Source: a virus (Duplodnaviria > Caudoviricetes). Taken from it: a stretch of 64,000 nucleotides of DNA. A model generated the notes under the pieces. The model made no database searches. It saw only the letters and a program-made list of their open reading frames with translations, and was not told the origin of the DNA. Of the stretch, positions 50,984 to 59,861 are shown in pieces; positions within the stretch are counted from its first letter, which is position 1, and the number at the start of each line of letters is the position of its first letter. The DNA lies in the IMG/VR virus record IMGVR_UViG_2895427314_000003, positions 1 through 64,000 of that record; one strand, given 5' to 3'. Both the position numbers and the translations under genes were made by a program.

Positions 50984-52528
50984 GTGGCCATGCCCCTGCC
51001 TGTCTCGGACATGACGGCCTCGGATGAGGCGCGCAAGGCGGTCAACCTACTGAATCGGCTCGCCGACGAGCTGCGCAGGCGGGAGACGGAAACCACGCGG
51101 CGGCTTGACTACTACAAGGGCAAGCACAAGCTCTGCTACGCCTCCCCGGAGTTCCGCGACTATTTCGCGGACCGGTTCAAGGGGTTCTCCGACAACTGGA
51201 CCGCGCCCGTGGCGGCGGCGCCGGCCGAACGCATGAACGTGCTCGGGATCCGGCTGGACCCGGACGAGCGCACTGCGGACAAGGGTCTGTCGGAGGCGTG
51301 GAAGGTCGCCGACTGCGAACGCACCTCATCCGAAGCGTTCGTCGTCACGCTGGCTGCGGCCCGCTCGTACTGCCTGGTGTGGGGCAACCCTGCCAACGAG
51401 GAAGAGCCGCGGGTGACGTGGGAGCGCCCGGATCAGGCCATCGTGGGTTACGACTCCGACACCGGGGAACGGTCGGCGGCGCTGAAGCTGTGGGCGGACG
51501 ACACGCTGGAGTACGCCACCTTGTACACCCGCACCGAGGTGTGGAAGTTCTCCAGGCCGCGGTATGCCCGCACCGGGTACAGCGTGTCTGGGCTGATCGT
51601 CCCCGCGGGGAGCGACGTGGTGCGGAACGCGGGCCCGTACGGCTGGCAGCCGCGCCAGGGCGACCTCGACACCACGTGGCCGATCCCGAATCCGATGGGT
51701 GTCGTCCCGATGGTGGAGCTGCGGAACCAGACGCTCCTCGACGATGAGCCGCTGTCCGACATTTCGGGTGTGATGGCCATGCAGGACGCCATCAACCTGA
51801 CCTGGGCGTACCTGATGAACGCCTTGGATTTCGCGAGTTTGCCGCAGCGGGTCGTCATGGGCGCGGACGTGCCCAAGGTGCCGATCCTCGACGACAGCGG
51901 GCAGAAGGTCGGTGAACGCCCGATCGAGTTGGACACGCTCATCAACGAGCGGATCCTGTGGCTGACCGGGGACGCCAGCATCGGGTCGTGGCCGGCAGCG
52001 GATCTCGCGGCGTACAGCAACGTGATCGAGCGGGCGATCGAACACATCGCCGCCCAGACCCGGACCCCGCCGCACTACCTGATCGGCAAGGTCGCCAACC
52101 TGTCCGCTGAGGCGCTCACCGCAGCGGAGACCGGCCTGGTGTCGAAGACGGGCGAGCGGATCGTCTACGTCAACTCCTCCATCCGCGAGATCCACTCCCT
52201 CATGGCCAACGCCATGGGCCACGAAGGCAAGGCCAAGGCGTGCCAGCGCGGCACCGTCATGTGGGCCGATACCCAGTTCCGGGCGCTCGGCCAGAAGGTT
52301 GACGCGCTGATGAAGCTGAAGACGATCGGCTTCCCGCTGCCGTGGATCGCCGAACAGTACGGGCTCGAACCGCCTGAGGTGGAGCGGGTCATGCGCATGG
52401 CAGAAGAGATGGCGCAAATGGACCCGATCAACCAGGCGATGAACGGCGGCGTCCAGCCGATCGCCGCCACCTCGGCAGCAGCGCAGGGCGAGGACCTGGC
52501 TGAGGTCGCGCCGGAACCGGTCAGGTAG
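50984..52528 (+). CDS. Portal protein (SPP1 gp6-like)
   Basis: RLDYYKGKH, NW..V..A..ERM, GVVPMVEL.N, LSDI..V..MQDAIN; follows terL. Confidence 0.92.
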   Translation: MAMPLPVSDMTASDEARKAVNLLNRLADELRRRETETTRRLDYYKGKHKLCYASPEFRDYFADRFKGFSDNWTAPVAAAPAERMNVLGIRLDPDERTADKGLSEAWKVADCERTSSEAFVVTLAAARSYCLVWGNPANEEEPRVTWERPDQAIVGYDSDTGERSAALKLWADDTLEYATLYTRTEVWKFSRPRYARTGYSVSGLIVPAGSDVVRNAGPYGWQPRQGDLDTTWPIPNPMGVVPMVELRNQTLLDDEPLSDISGVMAMQDAINLTWAYLMNALDFASLPQRVVMGADVPKVPILDDSGQKVGERPIELDTLINERILWLTGDASIGSWPAADLAAYSNVIERAIEHIAAQTRTPPHYLIGKVANLSAEALTAAETGLVSKTGERIVYVNSSIREIHSLMANAMGHEGKAKACQRGTVMWADTQFRALGQKVDALMKLKTIGFPLPWIAEQYGLEPPEVERVMRMAEEMAQMDPINQAMNGGVQPIAATSAAAQGEDLAEVAPEPVR

Positions 52529-52531
52529 CCG

Positions 52532-53563
52532 GTGGCGACCCCGCAGGAGATAGCGGTCGCCCACCAGCAGCGCCAGCGGAGCATCATCCTGGCGTTGATC
52601 GCGATGATTCTCGGCTGGTGGCGGCGCCTCGACCGGGCCAGGCTGACGGAGTCGTGGCAGGCCGGTGTCGGGCCGTCGATTGTGCAGACGATGGCCAGAG
52701 CCCAGACCGACATCGCCTCACTGGTGCCGTTCTACCTGCGAGATGTGGCGCAGGCTCAGGGCATCGAACCGCCCGAACACGAGGTGGTGCCGTCGGCGTT
52801 CTCCGGCGTCGCGTCGGATGGCCGCCCGCTGGAGTCGTTGATGTACCAGCCGGTCATCGCGCTCAAGCGGCTCCTAGCCGAAGGCGTGCCGATCGACGAG
52901 GCGATGCGCCGGGCGACCGCCCACCTGGCGATGATCGCCGCCACTCAGGCGGCCGACGCTGGCCGCGGCGCTGTCGAGGCCGGCATGACCGCGAACCGGC
53001 AGTGGGTCATGTACGTGCGGGTGGTGAACCTGCCCGCCTGCTCCAGGTGCATCATCCTGGCGGGCCGCGTGTATTCGCACTCGACAGGCTTTCTGCGCCA
53101 CCCGAACTGCGACTGCAGCATGATGCCCGTCACCGGCGACGACGTGGCCGTCCTGTCGCCGCGAGAGCTGTTCGAGCAGATGTCGGAAGAGGAGCAGGAC
53201 CGCCGTTTCGGTAAGGCCGGCGCCGAATCCATCCGTCTCGGAGCCGATCTCGGCCAGGTCGTCAATGCCCGCCGCGGAATGCAGCAGGCCAGCGTGTTCG
53301 GCAGGCAGACGCTCATCACGACCGAAGGCACAACGCGTCGCGGCGTGGCCGGACGTCGGCTGATCGAGCAGGGCGCACCCACCGTACGGGTGGTCGAGGA
53401 GTTCGCCACTCGCATCACCAGGCAAGGCCGCGAGCAGCGGCAGGTCCGACGGGAGCGAGTCCGCACACCGAGGCTCATGCCTGAGGCGATTCTGCAGGCC
53501 GCGAACGGCAACCGCGACGAAGCGATCCGGCTCCTGCAGCGCTTCGGATTCATCACCAGCTAA
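52532..53563 (+). CDS. Minor capsid / head morphogenesis (MuF-like) protein
   Basis: YVRV...ACSRCIILAG...FLRHPNCDC motif between portal and scaffold. Confidence 0.85.
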   Translation: MATPQEIAVAHQQRQRSIILALIAMILGWWRRLDRARLTESWQAGVGPSIVQTMARAQTDIASLVPFYLRDVAQAQGIEPPEHEVVPSAFSGVASDGRPLESLMYQPVIALKRLLAEGVPIDEAMRRATAHLAMIAATQAADAGRGAVEAGMTANRQWVMYVRVVNLPACSRCIILAGRVYSHSTGFLRHPNCDCSMMPVTGDDVAVLSPRELFEQMSEEEQDRRFGKAGAESIRLGADLGQVVNARRGMQQASVFGRQTLITTEGTTRRGVAGRRLIEQGAPTVRVVEEFATRITRQGREQRQVRRERVRTPRLMPEAILQAANGNRDEAIRLLQRFGFITS

Positions 53564-53646
53564 CCGGGCCTCGCCGGGGTTTGGCAGTCCCTACACCCCT
53601 GCGCAACGCCGGGGCTTCACCTTCACCCGCAACGGGAGATACCCGC

Positions 53647-54486
53647 ATGACCGACCTCACCCTGCCCTTCCACCCTCGTACCGGCCTTCAGGCGATCGGG
53701 CTCCGCCGCAACGGTGTGCCGATCTGGCCTGTGCTCGGCGGGGCGGAAGACGACGACGTCATCGTCTCTGACGCCGACGACGACGCTGCCGACGCCGGCA
53801 TTGGCGACGACAGCGATGACGATTCCGGCGATGGCGACGCCGGCGCGCCAGACGACGGCAAGGACGATGACTCCGACGACAAGCCGCTCGGGCCGAAGGG
53901 CGAGAAGGCGCTCCAGGCGGAGAAGGACCGGCGCCGGGAAGCGGACAGGCTGCGCAGGCAGGCGGCACGGGAACGCGATGAGGCTCTCGCCGAACTGGAG
54001 CGGCTGCGCAAGGCGGCCGAGCAGAAGCCCGCCGACGGCGACACGGCTGCCGACAAGGGCCCGGACCTGGACGCTATCCGCAAGGAAGCGGAGGAGCAGG
54101 CCAAGGCCGCGGTCAAGGCGGAAGTGCTGAGGGACCGCGTCAGCGACAAGATCGAAGTGATCGCCGCCAAGCGCGCCCAGGACCCCGACGTGGTCCGCAC
54201 GCTGCTGCTGGCCGGCAACGAGATCGCAGACTTCCTCGACGGCGACAAGATCGACGCCGAGGCCATCAAGGAAGCTCTCGACGAGCTTCTCGAAAAGAAG
54301 CCCTACCTGGCTGTGGCAGCGCAAAGCGCCAAGCGATTCCAGGGCTCAGGGGACGGCGGTGCCCGCAAGGGGCCCCAGAAACCGGCCCAGCTCACTCAGG
54401 ACGACCTCCGCCGGATGTCGCCCGAGCAGATCGTTCAGGCGCAGGACGAAGGACGTTTCGACGACCTCATGGGCCTGACGCGCTAG
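53647..54486 (+). CDS. Capsid scaffolding protein
   Basis: Acidic linker, LGPKGEKALQAEK coiled coil, LLEKKPYLA and FQGSGDGGAR motifs. Confidence 0.88.
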   Translation: MTDLTLPFHPRTGLQAIGLRRNGVPIWPVLGGAEDDDVIVSDADDDAADAGIGDDSDDDSGDGDAGAPDDGKDDDSDDKPLGPKGEKALQAEKDRRREADRLRRQAARERDEALAELERLRKAAEQKPADGDTAADKGPDLDAIRKEAEEQAKAAVKAEVLRDRVSDKIEVIAAKRAQDPDVVRTLLLAGNEIADFLDGDKIDAEAIKEALDELLEKKPYLAVAAQSAKRFQGSGDGGARKGPQKPAQLTQDDLRRMSPEQIVQAQDEGRFDDLMGLTR

Positions 54487-54508
54487 CTCATCAACAAGGA
54501 AGGCTGAA

Positions 54509-55381
54509 ATGTCCATCAGGCGTTTTGTGCCGGAAATCTGGAGTGCGCGGCTGCTGGTCGCCCTCCGGAAGCGGCTCGTGTATGCGGGCCCCGGCGTTGT
54601 GAATCGCGACTACGAAGGCGAGATCGCGGAGGCTGGTGACACGGTCCGGATCACGTCGATCTCCGACCCGACCGTGGGGACCTATGTTCCGAACGTCACC
54701 TCGATCACTCCGGAGGAGCTGACCGACGCTCAGCGCACTCTGGTGATCGACCAGTGCAAGTACTTCGCGTTCAAGGTCGATGACGTGGACGCCCGGCAGG
54801 CCAAGGGCGACGTCATCCCCGAGGCGATGTCGCGGGCCGCGTACAAGCTGGCCGACGTCGCGGACCAGTACGTGGCGTCGCTCTACACCGGCATCCCTGC
54901 GGCAAACGTCGCTTCCGCAGTGACGATCGACACGTCCAGCCCCACCTCGTGGGCGACCGAGTCGGCGAAGGCGTACAACGACGTCCTCATCCCGCTCAAG
55001 GTCAAGCTGGACGAGGCCAACGTGCCCACCGAGGGCCGCTACTGCGTCGTCCCGCCCGTCTTTCACGGCGTGCTGCTGCGCGACGACCGGTTCATCCGGC
55101 TCGACGCGTCCGGCACCACCGAGGGCCTGCGCAACGGCATGGTCGGCCGGGCCGCTGGCTTCGACATCCTCGTGTCGAACAACACGCCGGTCCCGGGCGC
55201 GAACCAGAACGTCGTCACCGCGGGCATCGACATGGCGATCTCCTTCGCCGAGCAGATCAACAAGACGGAGGCGTACCGGCCCGAGGGCGGCTTCAGCGAC
55301 GCCGTCAAGGGCCTCACGCTGTACGGCGCCAAGCTCGTTCGCCCCGAAGCGCTCGCGTCCTGCACCGTCACCACGGGCTGA
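54509..55381 (+). CDS. Major capsid protein (HK97 fold, P22-coat-like)
   Basis: FVPEIWSARLL, VNRDYEGEI..GDTVRI, F.FKVDD.D..Q, LYGAK..RPE. Confidence 0.93.
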   Translation: MSIRRFVPEIWSARLLVALRKRLVYAGPGVVNRDYEGEIAEAGDTVRITSISDPTVGTYVPNVTSITPEELTDAQRTLVIDQCKYFAFKVDDVDARQAKGDVIPEAMSRAAYKLADVADQYVASLYTGIPAANVASAVTIDTSSPTSWATESAKAYNDVLIPLKVKLDEANVPTEGRYCVVPPVFHGVLLRDDRFIRLDASGTTEGLRNGMVGRAAGFDILVSNNTPVPGANQNVVTAGIDMAISFAEQINKTEAYRPEGGFSDAVKGLTLYGAKLVRPEALASCTVTTG

Positions 55382-55396
55382 TCGGAGGAATGAATC

Positions 55397-55777
55397 ATGG
55401 CTCGTACCGCTGTGACCCCGCGCGCACTGGTCGCGAACGGGGGCCTCAACGGCGCCACCGGCGCCACCACCATCGACTCCACCCTCGTCACCAACGGCGT
55501 CGTCATCAACAGCGCCGATCCGGAGCACATCCTGATCCGGGTGACCAACACCGAGGGCTCGACGAACGTCGTGACCGTCCGCGCGGGCGACTACCCGCCA
55601 GCGTGGGCGGCCGGCCAGGGTGACCTCGCGGTCACCGTGGCGGCCACGACCGGCGTGCAGTTCATCGGCCCGTTCGAAAGCGGCCGGTTCCTGCAGGGCA
55701 ACGGGTCGATGGAGATCGACTTCGAGACCGGCATGACCGGCGCCATCGACGTCCTGCTCATCCCGAGGGCCACCTGA
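55397..55777 (+). CDS. Putative capsid decoration protein
   Basis: Small beta-rich protein directly after the major capsid gene. Confidence 0.6.
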   Translation: MARTAVTPRALVANGGLNGATGATTIDSTLVTNGVVINSADPEHILIRVTNTEGSTNVVTVRAGDYPPAWAAGQGDLAVTVAATTGVQFIGPFESGRFLQGNGSMEIDFETGMTGAIDVLLIPRAT

Positions 55778-56094
55778 TGGGTGACCAGCCGACCGGATGG
55801 TTCCGCGGGGAGGGCGGTGTCATCTGGCCGATGACGCTGCCGCTGTCCGAGGTGATGGCCGAGAAGCTGGTCAAGGGCTATCTGACGCGGGTGAACGCCG
55901 ACGGCACCCCGTACGTGGATCCCGGCGCGGAAGGCGAGGACCCCGGCGAGCCTTCCGCTGAGGAGGCGCCGCCAGCGAACGCCAACAAGGCGGCGTGGAT
56001 CGGCTACGCGCACCGCGTCCACGGCGTTCCCCTCGACGAGGCGGAAGCCCTCACCAAGCACGACCTGATGGAACTGTACGGCTCCAAGAGCTGA
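55777..56094 (+). CDS. Small head-associated protein with a C-terminal HeH-like motif
   Basis: NKAAWIGYA...GVPLDEAEALTKHDLMELYG. Confidence 0.7.
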   Translation: MGDQPTGWFRGEGGVIWPMTLPLSEVMAEKLVKGYLTRVNADGTPYVDPGAEGEDPGEPSAEEAPPANANKAAWIGYAHRVHGVPLDEAEALTKHDLMELYGSKS

Positions 56095-56102
56095 GGAGGT
56101 AG

Positions 56103-56678
56103 TTGATGCCTCCTCTCCCTCTGGCGTCCCCTGCTGACGCTGCCAGGCTCGGCTACTCGCTCCCTGCGGGGCGGGAGATGGAGTTCCTGGCCCGCGCCTC
56201 CGCCCGGCTGCGGAGGGAGGCAGGTCGTCCCATCTCCTCCACCGTCTCGACGGTGCGCCGGCGTGTCGACGGCGGCGCGGTCCTGCTCCCCGGGGGGCCG
56301 ATCACCGCCGTGGCCACCGTCGCACGGCTGGCCGAGGACGGCGGCGCCACCCTCACCGGGTGGCGGTGGGACGGCATGGAGCACATCCACTGCATCCCGC
56401 TGGCGAGCGGGGACGTCAACGTCACCTACACGCACGGCCTGACCGTCATCCCGGACGAGCTGCTCGACCTCGTCTGCTCCGTCGCCTCACGGCTGTCCGC
56501 AACGGACGAAGCCGCAGGAATGGAAGCCGGCATCAGGTCGGAGTCCATCGACGACTACCAGGTCACCTACGCCGCCGAAGCCGTAGAGACGGCGTCCGGC
56601 CTGCTGCCGGGTGAGTGCTCGTCCCTTGCTGGGTTCCTCGGTTCGGCACCGGGCGCGTACGTGGTGAGGCCGCGGTGA
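56103..56678 (+). CDS. Head-to-tail adaptor
   Basis: LAS..D, FL.RASA.LR, V.VTYTHG, IRSESIDDYQVTY. Confidence 0.8.
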   Translation: MMPPLPLASPADAARLGYSLPAGREMEFLARASARLRREAGRPISSTVSTVRRRVDGGAVLLPGGPITAVATVARLAEDGGATLTGWRWDGMEHIHCIPLASGDVNVTYTHGLTVIPDELLDLVCSVASRLSATDEAAGMEAGIRSESIDDYQVTYAAEAVETASGLLPGECSSLAGFLGSAPGAYVVRPR

Positions 56679-57067
56679 GCGTCTCCGGAGTCCTCGCCCG
56701 AGGGCGCGCGGCAGCACTGCAGTTGATGCGGGACACCTGCACGGTGGAACGCAAGTCGGGGGAGCCGGTGCTCAATGAGGAGACCGGCCTGCTTGAGCAG
56801 TCGTGGAGCACCGTCTACACAGGTGCCTGTCGGGTCAAACCGCGGACCTCGAGAGAGGCCGAGTGGGGCGAACGCGAGGTCAGTCTGGGCTCCTACATCG
56901 CTGTACTGCCGTGGGACACCACATCGGAAATCCAGCGGGAGGACCGGCTCCGTGTCACTGCTTCCGATGACACCTGGCTGATTGGGCGCGACCTCGAAGT
57001 GGTTGGCATTTCCCTCGCTGGGACCGCCACGGCCCGGCGGCTCCTCGTCGAAGACCGGGAGGGATGA
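56675..57067 (+). CDS. Head-to-tail stopper (DUF6093-like)
   Basis: GRAAALQLMRDTCTVER...ETG....VYTGACRV. Confidence 0.8.
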   Translation: MSVSGVLARGRAAALQLMRDTCTVERKSGEPVLNEETGLLEQSWSTVYTGACRVKPRTSREAEWGEREVSLGSYIAVLPWDTTSEIQREDRLRVTASDDTWLIGRDLEVVGISLAGTATARRLLVEDREG

Positions 57068-57070
57068 ACG

Positions 57071-57448
57071 TTGCTTAACTGGGACACCTCCGAGGCCGAG
57101 AAGCTGGAATCCGATCTGCTCGAATCAGCTGTCCACGCCCACATTGGGGCGTCGGACGTCGTCCATGAGCAGGCCGTCAGGTTCCGCAACGACTGGCGAG
57201 ACAACGCCCGCAAGTCCGCAGGCAAGCATGGCAAGCACTACCCATCGTCAATCACCCTGGAGCAGGTCGGCGGTGAGGCTGTCTACGAGGTCGGCCCCGA
57301 CACAACGTTGCCTCAGGGCGGGATGGGTCGCGGCTTCGAGTGGGGCGGCGTCAACCAACCTCCCCACAACGACATGGGACAAGCCATCGTTGCCGTGCCC
57401 GACCGGTTCGAGGCCGCAGTGAAGACGTGGTCGGAGAAGCTGCTGTGA
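57071..57448 (+). CDS. Tail completion (HK97 gp10-like) protein
   Basis: Position; HYPSSIT and EWG.....PH motifs; TTG start. Confidence 0.7.
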   Translation: MLNWDTSEAEKLESDLLESAVHAHIGASDVVHEQAVRFRNDWRDNARKSAGKHGKHYPSSITLEQVGGEAVYEVGPDTTLPQGGMGRGFEWGGVNQPPHNDMGQAIVAVPDRFEAAVKTWSEKLL

Positions 57449-57861
57449 CCGCGACAACACTCGACTCCAGGCCGCTCGTCCTAGCAGTTGTCGCCATGCT
57501 CGACGCTGCGTTCCCGAACACCATCGGCATCTACTGGGGTGGCGCTCCAGCCGGGGCGGCGCGACCGTATGCGGTCATGTACCCCGACATCGGCATGGAA
57601 TCCACTGCGGACAGGGCCTTGTCGGATGACGTTCCGAACGATCTTCGCTTCCAGATCACGTCAGTGGGAGATTCGGCTGAGCAGGCGCTGCTCGTCGCAG
57701 ACAAAGCGAATCGGGCGCTGCTCACCAGCTTGCTGACAGTGCCTGGTCGCCGGGTGAGGCCCATCCGGCAAGAGGCGGCACAGCCGGTCCGCCGCGACGA
57801 CGAATCCAGCGCGCTCTGGCTGGCCACCGCCCAGTACCTGGTGCGCTCCGACCCCACCTAA
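57445..57861 (+). CDS. Tail terminator protein
   Basis: P....RPYAV.YP, FQITSVG.S.EQA..VAD, RRDD motifs; position. Confidence 0.75.
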   Translation: MTATTLDSRPLVLAVVAMLDAAFPNTIGIYWGGAPAGAARPYAVMYPDIGMESTADRALSDDVPNDLRFQITSVGDSAEQALLVADKANRALLTSLLTVPGRRVRPIRQEAAQPVRRDDESSALWLATAQYLVRSDPT

Positions 57862-57881
57862 CCCTTCCTCCGCTTTCTCGT

Positions 57882-57933
57882 AGCCCGCCACCCCCAGGTG
57901 ACCGGGCTCTTTCGCATGCCCGAAAGGAGCCCG
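57882..57933 (+). terminator. Terminator / RBS-occluding alternative hairpins
   Basis: AGCCCG..CGGGCT-CTTT versus CGGGCTCTTTCG..CGAAAGGAGCCCG. Confidence 0.5.
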
Positions 57934-57935
57934 TA

Positions 57936-58268
57936 GTGGCTACCCGCACAGCTCAGGCGGTCACGGTGGCTGGCGTCACGCCGACCTACCACGCAGCGAC
58001 CGCCACCACCGGGGACAAGGTCCTCGCCGACGGCAGGACGTTCATCCACGTCAAGAACGGTTCCGGCGGGTCGATCACCTGCACCATCTCCGGCGCCGGT
58101 CAGACCGCCTACCTGGTGGACAACCCCGACAAGGCGTACACGATCGGCACCGGCGCCGAGATGTGGATCCCGATGCTGCCGGAGTTCGGCGACCCGAACG
58201 ACGGACGGCTGGTCACGTTCGTCTGCTCCTCGGTGACCAGCGTGACTTTCGCGGCGGTGCGCATCTGA
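57936..58268 (+). CDS. Small beta-rich virion protein, paralog of the 55397 gene
   Basis: Shared RTA, ATT.D, I.V.N..G....T(I/V) pattern. Confidence 0.65.
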   Translation: MATRTAQAVTVAGVTPTYHAATATTGDKVLADGRTFIHVKNGSGGSITCTISGAGQTAYLVDNPDKAYTIGTGAEMWIPMLPEFGDPNDGRLVTFVCSSVTSVTFAAVRI

Positions 58269-58474
58269 TGGCCCGCCCCACTGTCCTCGTCCGCTCCAGG
58301 ATCACCGGCCACACGGCGCTGGTTTCGCCGGACGCCCTGCGCCACTTCCCCGACTTCGAGCCGGTCGACGCCGCCACTGACGCGCCGTCAACGGTTCCTG
58401 CGCCGCCGTCCGAGGCGGACACCCCCAAGCCCACCACGACGCGCCGCGCCGCGGCCAAGAACGACGAGGAGTAG
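58268..58474 (+). CDS. Small hypothetical tail-region protein
   Basis: TGATG overlap. Confidence 0.65.
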   Translation: MARPTVLVRSRITGHTALVSPDALRHFPDFEPVDAATDAPSTVPAPPSEADTPKPTTTRRAAAKNDEE

Positions 58475-58477
58475 GCC

Positions 58478-58966
58478 ATGGCTGGCGCCGACCTGTTGGG
58501 TGATGGCAACGTCAAGGTGACGTTCTGCCTCACCATCGCCAACGTCAACGCCCCGACCGCCGCAGAGCTGAACGCGGGCGTCGACTTGCAGGAGTTCATC
58601 ACCAAGGACGGGCTCGGCATCTCCCCCGAGCAGGCAGCGGTGGACAACACCGCGCTCGCGTCCCGCGATGAGACCGAAGACGCGGGAACGGTCAAGTACT
58701 CGATCGAGCTGACCGTCAAGCGCAAGGAGATCGCAGCCGAGGACATCGGCTGGAACACGCTGGTGGACCGGCAGCTCGGCTATCTCGCGGTGCGCCGCAA
58801 CATGGCCCACGAGACCGCATGGGCAGCCGACCAGAAGGGCGAGGTGTACCCGGTCCGCTGCGGTCGGCCCAACATGCAGCCGCCCGAGCTCAACGCGGCG
58901 CAGCGGTTCGTGTCCAAGCTGTTCAACCACACTGCGGCTGACGCCGACGTGACGGTGGCCGCGTAG
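58478..58966 (+). CDS. Major tail (tube) protein
   Basis: DGNVKV......IAN.NAPT.AELNAG.DL..FIT.DG, GYL.VRR, V.VYPV.CG motifs. Confidence 0.88.
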   Translation: MAGADLLGDGNVKVTFCLTIANVNAPTAAELNAGVDLQEFITKDGLGISPEQAAVDNTALASRDETEDAGTVKYSIELTVKRKEIAAEDIGWNTLVDRQLGYLAVRRNMAHETAWAADQKGEVYPVRCGRPNMQPPELNAAQRFVSKLFNHTAADADVTVAA

Positions 58967-59490
58967 TGGCCAGCATCGACGACCTGCTCGGGCAGATGCG
59001 TCTGCCCGAGCGGACCTTCAACCTGTGCACGAGGGCGGACCTTCAGGGCGAGTGGGAACAGGCCGAGCAGACGCTCGCCCGCGCCGAACTGCAGGCCCGT
59101 GACTCGCTGGTGGGCAACTCCGCTGAGGTGCGGGAACTCGCGTCCCGCGTCCAGGACTTGGAAGCGGAGATGGCCGCCCACACGGTGGCGATCAAGCTGC
59201 GGGCGCGCACCCACAAGGAGTGGATGGACCTGCTCGCCAAGCACCCGCCACGCGAGGGCAATGACAACGACGGCGCCTTCAACAGCGCCACGTTCGGGCC
59301 TGCTCTGCTGGCGGAGTGCGCGGTCGATCCGGTGATGAGCGAGGAGCAGGCCGGCAAGCTGGTCGACTCGATGAGCACCGGCCAGTGGAACGACCTGTTC
59401 AACACGCTGTGGGGACTCAACCGGTCCGGTGTTGACGTCCCAAAATCCAGGAGAGCCTCCGAAGCTCTCCAGAGCTCGCCGAAGAAGTAG
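58966..59490 (+). CDS. Tail assembly chaperone (G)
   Basis: Position; LL..HPPR, FN..TF.PAL, L...QW..LF...W.LN. Confidence 0.85.
   Translation: MASIDDLLGQMRLPERTFNLCTRADLQGEWEQAEQTLARAELQARDSLVGNSAEVRELASRVQDLEAEMAAHTVAIKLRARTHKEWMDLLAKHPPREGNDNDGAFNSATFGPALLAECAVDPVMSEEQAGKLVDSMSTGQWNDLFNTLWGLNRSGVDVPKSRRASEALQSSPKK
59439..59445 (+). promoter_or_regulatory. -1 ribosomal frameshift slippery site C CCA AAA
   Basis: In-frame X XXY YYZ heptamer; the -1 frame stays open to 59861. Confidence 0.85.
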
Positions 59491-59861
59491 CGCTTGCCGC
59501 GGCGTATAGGGTGCCGCGGTCGATGCTGCTGGGCCGTCAGCGCCGCTCGGTCACCGTGTACGAGTACGAGGACGGGCGGCTGGCCCGGTCAGTCACCACG
59601 CACGACGCCGAATGGCTGGGCGAGGACCTCGGCTATGCGAAAGGCCAGCGTCGTAACGACCTGGACAAATGCCCTGGGTGCGGACTGCCGCTCAGCGAGA
59701 CCACCGACCCGGAGAACGAAGGCCGATACGAGGCGCCGCCCCCGATGCGGTGCCACGCCTGCACCCCGCTGGAGCACCGGAAGGGCGAGTACACGCAGTC
59801 GCCGCCCGGGTTGCTGTTCAGGGTGTACTTGAAGGTGAAGAAGACGCTGGCCAGGACGTGA
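59439..59861 (+). CDS. Tail assembly chaperone GT extension (frameshift product)
   Basis: PKIQESLRSSPELAEEVALAAAYRVPRSMLLGR...CPGCG...CHAC. Confidence 0.8.
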   Translation, partial: PKIQESLRSSPELAEEVALAAAYRVPRSMLLGRQRRSVTVYEYEDGRLARSVTTHDAEWLGEDLGYAKGQRRNDLDKCPGCGLPLSETTDPENEGRYEAPPPMRCHACTPLEHRKGEYTQSPPGLLFRVYLKVKKTLART

